Shown in pieces: positions 7,735-16,094 of a stretch of 33,863 nt of DNA. The position numbers were made by a program, and so were the translations under genes. Source of the stretch: Candidatus Benthicola azotiphorus. GTDB taxonomy: Bacteria > Gemmatimonadota > Gemmatimonadetes > Palauibacterales > Palauibacteraceae. Numbering within the stretch: the stretch's first letter is position 1; every line of letters starts with the position of its first letter. The notes under the pieces are model-generated. The model ran no database searches, was not told the DNA's origin, and saw nothing but the letters and a program-made list of their open reading frames with translations. Location: contig CANPVW010000258.1 in the NCBI GenBank assembly GCA_947581745.1, positions 1 through 33,863 of the forward strand. Direction: 5' to 3'.

Positions 7735-8250
7735 CTACTTCGCGCTCGGTGGCAACATTCCGTTCAAGCGCATGTAGTTGGCGACCTGACTGTAGTGGTC
7801 CGCGAGGTCCTCGACGTAGACGAACATCGCGAAGGCCCGGGTGCCGTTCATGAAACCCAACGACACCTCCTCGCCCAGGCTGGAATCGTCCGTGTGCTCG
7901 AAGGCCTGGTCACAGAAGGCGAACGACGCCTTGAGCTCCTTCACCAGCGTGTCCTTCGGCTCGGTGCCGTCGCGCTCGGGGAGGGACGGCGCTTCCATGC
8001 CTCCGATGCCCGCGCAGATCCCGTAGTTGGCTCCCGCCAGGTGCGCCCAGATCCCGCCGAGCGTCATCTGCGCCTCGGTCGGCTTGTACGACAGCTTGTC
8101 GGCCGGAACCTGGTCCGCCGCGGCCATCAGGTACCCTCCGAGCCGCGACCCCAGGCGACGGGCGGCATCCGTAGTCGGGTTGGCGGACTGGGCGGCCAGC
8201 GCGCCGGGGACCAGCAGGGCAGCGAGGCCGAAAAGAAGTGCACGCTTCAT
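7735..8250 (-). CDS. DinB-family (DinB_2-like) protein with N-terminal signal peptide
   Basis: The 171-aa product starts at MKRALLFGLAALLVPGALAAQS (ATG 8250, GGAG 8 nt upstream). A four-helix-bundle-type pattern carries spaced His residues (WAHLAGANY ... FEH ... LADHYSQVANYMRLNG). The rest of the 547-aa track ORF is out-of-frame overlap of cydB. Confidence 0.7.
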   Translation of the reverse strand: MKRALLFGLAALLVPGALAAQSANPTTDAARRLGSRLGGYLMAAADQVPADKLSYKPTEAQMTLGGIWAHLAGANYGICAGIGGMEAPSLPERDGTEPKDTLVKELKASFAFCDQAFEHTDDSSLGEEVSLGFMNGTRAFAMFVYVEDLADHYSQVANYMRLNGMLPPSAK

Positions 8251-8348
8251 GTCGAGTCTCCGGTCGGGGGTGGCCGAAACGGTACGTGCACCATCTTGGC
8301 CAGCCGCGTCGGCGCTGACAAGCTGAAGCAGGCAGCCGACCGGCCTCC

Positions 8349-9392
<1,044 letters not shown>

Positions 9393-9402
9393 GTGACCTC
9401 CG

Positions 9403-10764
9403 TTAAGCGGTGACGGTGTCCGGCGTCGTCGCCTCACGATCCGTGTCAGGCCCTGACTCCGGGCAGTGTGCGATGATCCGTGTCGTGACGAAGAAGAAGA
9501 GCACCGACAGCAGCGCGTACAATCCCATGAAGCCGAGCAGCGTGAACAGCGAATTCCCCGCTGAGACGTTCGCGGAGGAGCCCTCCGCCGTGCGCAACAG
9601 CCCGTGGATGATCCAGGGCTGACGTCCGAGCTCCGCCGTCAGCCAGCCGGCCGTGTTGGCGATGAAGGGAAACGGCAGGGCCAGCATGAAGATCCACATG
9701 AGCCACCGCTGCCGGAACAGCTGCTTTCTCCACAGGAGGACCGCCCCCAGGCCCATGATCAGGATGAACAGCGTCCCCAGCCCCGCCATGATGTGATACG
9801 CGTAGTAGAGCAGCGGGATGTTGTCGGGCCAGAGATCGCGCTCATAGTCACTGAGCCCCGTCACCGTCGAGTCCCACCGGTAGTGCGTCAGGAGAGAGAG
9901 AACGCGAGGCAGCACGACCGGATTGTCCAGCGCGAGCCTCTCCATGTCGGGCTGTCCGATGAGGACCAGCGGGGCGCCCACCTCGGTATGGAAGTGGCCC
10001 TCCATTGCCGCGAACGTGACGGGTTGCCTGGAGTGCACCAGCTTCGCCTGGATGTCGCCCGTCGGCACGGCCGCAGCTGCGCTGGCAATGAACCCCGCGA
10101 CCACCGCCACCGAAGTCCATCTGCGAGCCACTTCCAGGTGTTCGCCGCGAAGCACGTAGTACGCACCGATCCCCGTCATCACGAAGCTGCCAGTGATCAC
10201 CGCCCCGGTCATCGTGTGTACCCAGGCGGCGAAGGCCCACGGGTTCGTGAGCAGCGCAGCCAGGCTCTCGAGTCGGATCGAACCGTCTGCCAGCACCGAA
10301 TAGCCGACCGGATGCTGCATCCACGCGTTCGTACACACGATGAAGAAGCCGGAGAGCCAGGTCCCAACGAAGAGGAGCAGCGAGGCGATCCAATGACCGC
10401 GCTGGCCGATTCGTTTCTCGCCGAACAGGAGCACGTAGAGGAAGGACGATTCGAGAAAGAAAGCGAAGACCCCCTCCATCGCGAGCGTCTGCCCGATCAC
10501 TCCTCCGGCGGCTGCCGAGAATCGGGCCCAATTCGTCCCGAACTGGAATTCCATCGGAATTCCGGTCACGACGCCCATCACGAACGTGACCCCGAAGATC
10601 TTCAGCCAGAACCGCACGGCCTGGTTGGCGGAGGGAACGCCCCGCAAGGCCATGGTCTTGAGCAGGAATATGAGCAACGCCAGGCCCATCGTGACCTGAG
10701 GGAAGAGGTAGTGGTAGGTGATCGTGAAGGCGAACTGGAGTCTATGCAGCGCGAGGGCTTCCAT
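9403..10764 (-). CDS. cydA: Cytochrome bd ubiquinol oxidase subunit I (short Q-loop type)
   Basis: MEALALHRLQFAFTITYHYLFPQVTMGL...GIPMEFQFGTNW...GRQPWIIHGLLRT are hallmark CydA motifs. At 453 aa it is in the short Q-loop size class. Confidence 0.93.
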   Translation of the reverse strand: MEALALHRLQFAFTITYHYLFPQVTMGLALLIFLLKTMALRGVPSANQAVRFWLKIFGVTFVMGVVTGIPMEFQFGTNWARFSAAAGGVIGQTLAMEGVFAFFLESSFLYVLLFGEKRIGQRGHWIASLLLFVGTWLSGFFIVCTNAWMQHPVGYSVLADGSIRLESLAALLTNPWAFAAWVHTMTGAVITGSFVMTGIGAYYVLRGEHLEVARRWTSVAVVAGFIASAAAAVPTGDIQAKLVHSRQPVTFAAMEGHFHTEVGAPLVLIGQPDMERLALDNPVVLPRVLSLLTHYRWDSTVTGLSDYERDLWPDNIPLLYYAYHIMAGLGTLFILIMGLGAVLLWRKQLFRQRWLMWIFMLALPFPFIANTAGWLTAELGRQPWIIHGLLRTAEGSSANVSAGNSLFTLLGFMGLYALLSVLFFFVTTRIIAHCPESGPDTDREATTPDTVTA

Positions 10765-10956
10765 CGTCGCTCGATCCTGTTAATGGGACTGCGCGGAACG
10801 GAATCATAATGGTCCCGGGTCTCCCGAGTCGATGCCGGCGCTCGAGCGTGCCAACCGCAAGGGACTGAGCCGATGCCTCGCCGCAAACAGTGACGGTGTT
10901 CGGCGTGAGCATCCCCCCAGGAGCGGCTGCCGCGAGATAGGCGCGCATGCCGGTCC

Positions 10957-11913
10957 CTAGGGTATCGACGCGGAATGGTCCCCGTCGGTGCACGTCCAGA
11001 AGGCCTCACCCCGGTACAGGCGCCGTCGGGCGCCGGGTTGCGCGGCCAGGATCGCCAGGATGCGCCCGACTCGTCTCGGCCACCCGCCCTCGAGAGCCGC
11101 GATGAGATCTCGCTCCCGCAGAGGATGACGGGCGATGATGTCCAGGACGGCCTCGACGGGCTGGGCGTCTGGTCGCAGTACCAGCTCGCCGCCATCGGGC
11201 GGTACCACGCTCGCCACCTGTCCGAGGATGGCCATCGCCCGGATCAGACCTTCCTCGTCCGCTCCCACGACCCACTCCTCCGCCGGCGGTCGGACGGGCA
11301 CGTTGAGATGCAGCTGGTCGGGCCGGATTCGGTCCAGTGCCCACGCGAGCTCACTCAGCGCCGATTCGGTGTCGTTGAGGTCCCTGATGAGCATCACCTC
11401 GATCCATAGCTCCGCCCGGAATACCTTCCGAAACGTCGCCAGGCCGTCGATGATGTCCGCGACTTTCAGCCGGGGCCAGGGCCGGTTGATCCGGCGAAAC
11501 GTCTCCTGGTCGGCCGCGTCGAGCGACGGGATTACGACGTCCGCTTCGACCAGGTCATCTCTCACCTCGGGGAGAAACATCAGCGAGCCGTTCGTGATCA
11601 CGGCGAGCGGCAGGTTCGTGAGCTTCCTCGCCTCCCGGATGAGGCGGCCAAGCTTCGCGTACAGGAGCGGTTCGCCCTCTCCGACGATCGTTACGTAGTC
11701 GACGGCCCCCGACCCCGATTCCGCGATCGCGTGGCCCAGCTGCGCGAGGATCTCATCGCAGGGAACGTACTCCTTTCGCTCGTTCGTCAACGGCGTGGTC
11801 CGTCCGAGTTGACAGTAGACACAGTTGTAGTTGCACGTCTTGAAAGGGACCGGATCGACTCCGAGCGATTGACCCAGACGGCGAGATGGCGCGGGGCCAT
11901 AGACACAGTTCAT
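10957..11913 (-). CDS. Radical SAM protein (COG0731-like, function unknown)
   Basis: The N-terminus YGPAPSRRLGQSLGVDPVPFKTCNYNCVYCQLG carries the CxxxCxxC radical SAM cluster motif in the GP.pSRRLG.SLGi context of this small subfamily. It is followed by VTIVGEGEPLL and ITNGSL (SAM-binding-type blocks). The last ~70 aa form a helical, possibly winged-helix-like tail. Confidence 0.85.
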   Translation of the reverse strand: MNCVYGPAPSRRLGQSLGVDPVPFKTCNYNCVYCQLGRTTPLTNERKEYVPCDEILAQLGHAIAESGSGAVDYVTIVGEGEPLLYAKLGRLIREARKLTNLPLAVITNGSLMFLPEVRDDLVEADVVIPSLDAADQETFRRINRPWPRLKVADIIDGLATFRKVFRAELWIEVMLIRDLNDTESALSELAWALDRIRPDQLHLNVPVRPPAEEWVVGADEEGLIRAMAILGQVASVVPPDGGELVLRPDAQPVEAVLDIIARHPLRERDLIAALEGGWPRRVGRILAILAAQPGARRRLYRGEAFWTCTDGDHSASIP

Positions 11914-12044
11914 GATACCCCCTCATCCGCGGCAACGACGCCCAACAGCATAGTGCCGGCAACGTCGGATCGAGTTCCATCCGGTGTGGCCTTCAGGAGT
12001 CTGGATCCGCCCGGGCCCGCTCCCTTGACGGAACGTCAACTCGG

Positions 12045-12074
12045 GATATATTATGTGCATATGCACAATATATC
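12045..12074. promoter_or_regulatory. AT-rich palindromic operator/promoter candidate in the radical SAM / DUF134 divergent region
   Basis: The element reads gatatattaTGTGCATATGCACAatatatc. The core TGTGCATATGCACA (12054-12067) is a perfect 14-bp palindrome with 5-4-5 geometry. Its flanks gatatat/atatatc are also inverted, with a 2-nt bulge. TATATT (12047-12052) lies 37 nt upstream of the DUF134 ATG. This is the most AT-rich stretch I noticed in the window. Confidence 0.5.
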
Positions 12075-12088
12075 GTACAGGAGAGCAG

Positions 12089-12400
12089 ATGCCTCGTCCG
12101 AAGAAGCCTCGTCATTGTCGTCAATACGACGGAGACCTGATCTTCAAGCCCCGCAGCATTCCGATGTCCCGACTCGAGACAATCGCCCTGGAGTTGGACG
12201 AGCTCGAGGCGATGAGGCTTTGCGACCACGACGGCCTGGATCAGACCGAGACCGGGCGCCGAATGGGTGTATCACGAGGCACGGTGCAGCGCCTCCTTCG
12301 CTCGGGGCGATCGAAGGTTCTGGCCGCGCTCCTCAGCAACGCGGCGCTCATCATCGGTCAAGGAGAGAATCGTGCAACTGTGCATTCCGACAGAGGATGA
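12089..12400 (+). CDS. DUF134 (UPF0251) family predicted DNA-binding protein
   Basis: MPRPKKPRHCRQ...FKPRSIPMSRLETIALELDELEAMRLCDHDGLDQTETGRRMGVSRGTVQRLLRSGRSKVLAAL is the family consensus (MPRP.K.R...FKP.G.P...L..v.L.lDElEA.RL.D.egl.Q.eaa..MgVSR.T..R.l..AR.Kva.AL). The second half is a sigma-70 region-4-like HTH. GGAGAG lies 5-10 nt upstream of ATG 12089. Confidence 0.85.
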   Translation: MPRPKKPRHCRQYDGDLIFKPRSIPMSRLETIALELDELEAMRLCDHDGLDQTETGRRMGVSRGTVQRLLRSGRSKVLAALLSNAALIIGQGENRATVHSDRG

Positions 12401-12761
12401 TACGGGGCTGACCGGGCGGATCAGCGCTCACTTCGGCAGCGCCCGCTGGTTCACGCTCGTCGACACGGAGTCCGGCACCGCGCGCTCGGTGGCCAACCGG
12501 GACTTTGGACACCGACCTGGCACCTGCGACGGGGCTGAGAGCATCTCGGGTCTGGGCGTGGAGGCCGTGGTATGCTCCGGCTTCGGACGCAGGGCCTTCC
12601 GGTCCATGCGCTCGGCCGGGATCCCCGTGTACCTGACGCGAAGCTCGACGGTGCGGGAGGCGGTGGCGGAATTCAACATGGATCTACTGCCGCTACTCAT
12701 CGAGGAAGAGGCCTGTTCGGGCGGACGCGGCCTCGGCAGGCACCATGGACACGGACAGTAG
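12372..12761 (+). CDS. NifB/NifX-type 'dinitrogenase iron-molybdenum cofactor biosynthesis' domain protein (Nitro_FeMo-Co family), His-rich tail
   Basis: RISAHFGSARWFTLVDTESG...GVEAVVCSGFGRRAFRSMRSAGIPVY...TVREAVAEF matches the small stand-alone NifX/NifB-C domain (HFG.a..f.i.d...; G.d.vi....G..a...L...GI.vy). The C-terminus reads GRHHGHGQ. A GTG at 12372 follows AAGGAGAG. The gene overlaps the DUF134 3' end by 29 nt. Confidence 0.8.
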   Translation: MQLCIPTEDDTGLTGRISAHFGSARWFTLVDTESGTARSVANRDFGHRPGTCDGAESISGLGVEAVVCSGFGRRAFRSMRSAGIPVYLTRSSTVREAVAEFNMDLLPLLIEEEACSGGRGLGRHHGHGQ

Positions 12762-12771
12762 AGGAGGCCGA

Positions 12772-13218
12772 GTGAGCGACACGACGAAGATCGGCATCGT
12801 CATCTGTGACCGATACCGGCGTTGCGCGGGAGGCAAGTGCTTGCGGGCGATGAGGAACAGAGAGGGCGCGTTCAGCCGGTACGAGGGAGTGGAGCTCGAG
12901 CTGATCGGCTACACAACTTGCGACGGGTGTCCGGGCGGCAACATCGAGTACCTCGGTGAGGAAATGACGAAGAACGGGGCCGAGGCGATTCATCTGGCTA
13001 CGGGACTCGTGGTCGGCTATCCCCCCTGTCCGTACATCGAGACGTTCAAGACCTTTCTCGAGTCCCGCTGCGCCGTGGAAGTGGTGATCGGGACCCACCC
13101 CATTCCGGCCAGATACCTGGAGACGCACACACGCCTCGGAACGTGGGACGACCCTTCGTGGGAGCCGCTTCTCGCACCCATCATGGCGGACGCCGGGACT
13201 CGCGATGCCTACAACTAG
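12772..13218 (+). CDS. CGGC-domain protein
   Basis: KIGIVICDRYRRCAGGKCLRA...IGYTTCDGCPGGNIEY...AIHLATGLVVGYPPCPY matches the Cys pattern of the CGGC family (C..C.GG, multiple conserved Cys). A GTG at 12772 sits 4 nt after GAGGAGG, which directly follows the previous TAG. ATG 12745 is the alternative start. Confidence 0.8.
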   Translation: MSDTTKIGIVICDRYRRCAGGKCLRAMRNREGAFSRYEGVELELIGYTTCDGCPGGNIEYLGEEMTKNGAEAIHLATGLVVGYPPCPYIETFKTFLESRCAVEVVIGTHPIPARYLETHTRLGTWDDPSWEPLLAPIMADAGTRDAYN

Positions 13219-13285
13219 CTACGCTGGATCGCGCCTCGAAAGCGCGGGTTCGGTCCGGGTGACCAGAAAGGGCGAAAGCCCGACC

Positions 13286-14077
13286 ATGGAACCGGCGGAG
13301 GTGGCGATCCCGAGGCTTCTCGAGAAGCACGGAGATCGTATTTACGCGTTGGGCTTGCACCTGTGCGAGACCCCCCAGGATGCAGAAGATATGGTGCAGG
13401 AGACCTTCGTCCGTGCGTACAGGAGCTGGGATCGGTTCGAGGGTCGATCCGCGCCTTCGACGTGGCTGTACACGATCGCCAGCCGGGTCGCCAAGCGGCA
13501 GTATCGGCGGCGGGAAGGCGAGCCCAGAAGACTGGAGTCTCTGTCTCGCCTTCGGTCCGGAGAGGAGGCGATGGTGGAGCTTCCGGCTTCAGCCGAGTCC
13601 TCCCTGGATAGAGTTGAACGCAAGGAGGCGGAGGAACGGGTCCAGATGGCGGCAGGCTCTCTTCCTCTTCGTTTCCGCCTCCCGCTCGTCCTCAAGGATC
13701 TCGCAGATTTCTCGATAGCGGAAATCTCCCAGATCCTCGAACTGAAGGTGAACACGGTCAAGACCCGCATCCATCGAGCGCGAATGGCGATACGGAAGGA
13801 ACTCGTGGAGGGGTTGTCGAAGCGAGCGGATCCGGGAACGGATCATTCGAAGCAGGTTTGCCTGGATCTGCTCTACGCAAAGCAGGAGGCGCTCGACCGC
13901 GGCGTGCCGTTCCCCCTGCCCCAGGAGCAGTTCTGCGCTCGTTGTCACGCGGTCTTCTCGACCTTTGATTTGACACAGGAAGTGTTCCGGCAGCTACATC
14001 AGGGAGCCGTTCCCGACGCCGTGCGGGTCGCTTTGAAGAGGGAGCTGGGGGCCGAGTCTGCCGGATCCTCAGTCTAG
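13286..14077 (+). CDS. ECF (group IV) sigma-70 factor with ~85-aa Cys/His-containing C-terminal extension
   Basis: Region 2 reads DAEDMVQETFVRAYRSWDRFEGRSAPSTWLYTIASRVA. Region 4 reads LPLRFRLPLVLKDLADFSIAEISQILELKVNTVKTRIHRARMAIRKEL. An additional soluble tail follows, with H187, C192, C217-x2-C220-H221 (numbering from ATG 13286). Confidence 0.82.
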   Translation: MEPAEVAIPRLLEKHGDRIYALGLHLCETPQDAEDMVQETFVRAYRSWDRFEGRSAPSTWLYTIASRVAKRQYRRREGEPRRLESLSRLRSGEEAMVELPASAESSLDRVERKEAEERVQMAAGSLPLRFRLPLVLKDLADFSIAEISQILELKVNTVKTRIHRARMAIRKELVEGLSKRADPGTDHSKQVCLDLLYAKQEALDRGVPFPLPQEQFCARCHAVFSTFDLTQEVFRQLHQGAVPDAVRVALKRELGAESAGSSV

Positions 14078-14078
14078 C

Positions 14079-15374
14079 TCACGCCCGTGCCGGTTTCCTC
14101 CACGCCCCGATGGCCACTGGCGTCGAAGCCCACAGCAGGAGCGTCATTAGCACGGCCGACGTGACGCACCACATGCAGGTCGCCCCGATCACGAAGGGCT
14201 CGAGAACCGTGAGGTAGATCGAGAAGAGGGTTCCGAGGAGCGCTCCGAGCCACAGACCGGTGGCTACGAACCTGTTCCACCGGACCGAACCGCGGTCGTG
14301 GAGCATCCAGCCGAGACCGAGGACCGTGTATCCGTACACACCCATTACGCCGATCGGCAGGACCCCGAACAACCGGGCATAGGAGCTCTGCTGAACCGTG
14401 TTGCAGTCCCCCACGGGGCCGCAGATGGCCTCAGCGTAGGTAACCTCGACGTAGCTCAGATAGGCTGCGACCAACAGGCCGGCGACGATCATCGCGGCCA
14501 CGATCGAGCCCGGCCAGCGAGGTGTATCAGAGCGCCGGATCGCCGCGACCAGAACAGCCAGAACGGAGATTATCATGCCGATCAGGACGATGAGGGCGAT
14601 CGAGTTGCCCGTTCGATCCTGGTCGAACTTCTGCCACGGACTCAGGTCGGCCGTTCGAGACTCCGCGCCGCTGAGATCCATGATCGTCCCCCGGGGATCG
14701 ACGCCCGGAATGGCGAGTGTCGTTTCTGCCTCCGTGAGCTCCGGCGCCCTCACCTGATCGGTAACGGAAGATGGAGCTGCGACCTCGATTCGCCTCGGTG
14801 GTTCGACGACCGACCCGGCATCCGGACCGCCGGGCACAGCACCGGAGGACTCCTCAATCGCGACATTCGGCGAAGGTGGCATCTCTTCCGCCGCTACCCG
14901 TTGTTCCTCCGAGGCCGGCTGTCCCGGCCCGGGCGGTTCAGCGACCTCGATTCCGGAGGCGACCAGCGCCTCAATGAGGCCGTCGATCTCGGGCCACGGA
15001 ATGCCTCCGGCCGCGAGTCCCTCCTCCACGATTCCCGGCAGCTGATCGGGGATGTCGAAGGACCCGACGAGGGCTCGATCCGCAACCGCCAGCAGGGGCA
15101 CTCCCAGTCGCTCCGGCGGAATACCATAGCGGCTTCCCGCAGCTCGGAAGAGCCGCTGTCCCTCGAGCGTCTGAACATTGATCGCCAGTATGACCAGCGA
15201 TTCGCCGAATCTGGCTACGATCGGCGGCAGCCCCTCCGAGATGACCACGTGGCAGTGAGGGCACGACGGGGAGAAGAAGAGCACCGCCTCGACTCTGGGC
15301 GTGGCCTGCGGCTGGGAGGCCGGCCCGAGCAGTGGGATCATCAACAGAGCGAGCAAAGCCGGGAAGCGGGTCAT
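14079..15374 (-). CDS. Thioredoxin/DsbA-like domain fused to vitamin K epoxide reductase (VKOR) membrane domain
   Basis: The product has a signal/TM segment MTRFPALLALLMIPLL, then a thioredoxin motif FFSPSCPHCH. A ~150-aa Pro/Glu/Ala-rich linker follows. The C-terminal multi-TM domain has the VKOR loop Cys pair (AICGPVGDCNTVQQSSYA) and the active-site CMWC. Confidence 0.8.
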   Translation of the reverse strand: MTRFPALLALLMIPLLGPASQPQATPRVEAVLFFSPSCPHCHVVISEGLPPIVARFGESLVILAINVQTLEGQRLFRAAGSRYGIPPERLGVPLLAVADRALVGSFDIPDQLPGIVEEGLAAGGIPWPEIDGLIEALVASGIEVAEPPGPGQPASEEQRVAAEEMPPSPNVAIEESSGAVPGGPDAGSVVEPPRRIEVAAPSSVTDQVRAPELTEAETTLAIPGVDPRGTIMDLSGAESRTADLSPWQKFDQDRTGNSIALIVLIGMIISVLAVLVAAIRRSDTPRWPGSIVAAMIVAGLLVAAYLSYVEVTYAEAICGPVGDCNTVQQSSYARLFGVLPIGVMGVYGYTVLGLGWMLHDRGSVRWNRFVATGLWLGALLGTLFSIYLTVLEPFVIGATCMWCVTSAVLMTLLLWASTPVAIGAWRKPARA

Positions 15375-15485
15375 GGGCGGCGAGTCCTGCGGCGTCTGGT
15401 AGTCGTTTGCCGGAGCGGCCGGCACCGCCGGCCAGCTTCCCGAAAGATAGCGCGCCCGCGCCCGTCCGGAACCCCCGTGTGACCA

Positions 15486-15938
15486 TCAGCCGACGAGTGA
15501 TCTGACGATCCTTCCGGGGATACTGCGCGTCCGGCCGTCACGATCCGTGCACACCACTGCGGCATGCCCCCGCGCGAGCAGTCCGCCATCGACTGCACGT
15601 CGCACCTCGTGCGAGAAGGTCAGGGTGCAACTCCTCACCTCTCCGAGGTCAGTCCAGACGCGCACCTCCTCGTCGTAGCCTGCGGACTGCCGATGTTCGA
15701 TCCCGACGCTGGTGACCCGTAGCTGTACGCCGGCCCGCTCGAGTTCCGCGTACGAGATTCCATTGGCTCGCAGGAGTTCCGACCGACCGCACTCGAGCCA
15801 TGACAGGTAGTTCATGTGGTGCGCTTTTCCCATCTGGTCCGTTTCGGCGTACCGGATACGAAGATCAACAGTGCTCCTCCGTACGGGCGAGCCCCTGGAA
15901 ACCGGTTCGACCATTTCAAGACCGCCTGGACTCTCCAT
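15486..15938 (-). CDS. Acyl-CoA thioesterase, 4HBT/YbgC hot-dog family
   Basis: LRIRYAETDQMGKAHHMNYLSWLECGRSELLRANGISYAELERAGVQLRV...EVRVWT is the classic YbgC/4HBT pattern (vrYeDTD..G.vyh.nYl.yfe.aR.e.lr..G.sy.ele..G). GGGGGAGG lies 8 nt upstream of ATG 15938. Confidence 0.82.
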   Translation of the reverse strand: MESPGGLEMVEPVSRGSPVRRSTVDLRIRYAETDQMGKAHHMNYLSWLECGRSELLRANGISYAELERAGVQLRVTSVGIEHRQSAGYDEEVRVWTDLGEVRSCTLTFSHEVRRAVDGGLLARGHAAVVCTDRDGRTRSIPGRIVRSLVG

Positions 15939-16094
15939 ACTGTCCGCCTCCCCCTTACTGGTGGGCTCCCTGTACGGATGAGTGCAGAATCGGGGCGTCG
16001 AAGTTCCGCACCGGGAACCGATCGCGTCTGACCAGGTACTAATGCTGTGACGGTCGCCCCCCTCGCCGCACCCTTCACCGATGCGAGGCAGTTG

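Noticed and set aside
8251-8348. A CydX/CydS-like small subunit gene downstream of cydB.
   Set aside because: The only ATG-initiated minus-strand ORF in the gap encodes 15 non-hydrophobic residues (MVHVPFRPPPTGDST). CydX-type peptides are single hydrophobic TM helices.
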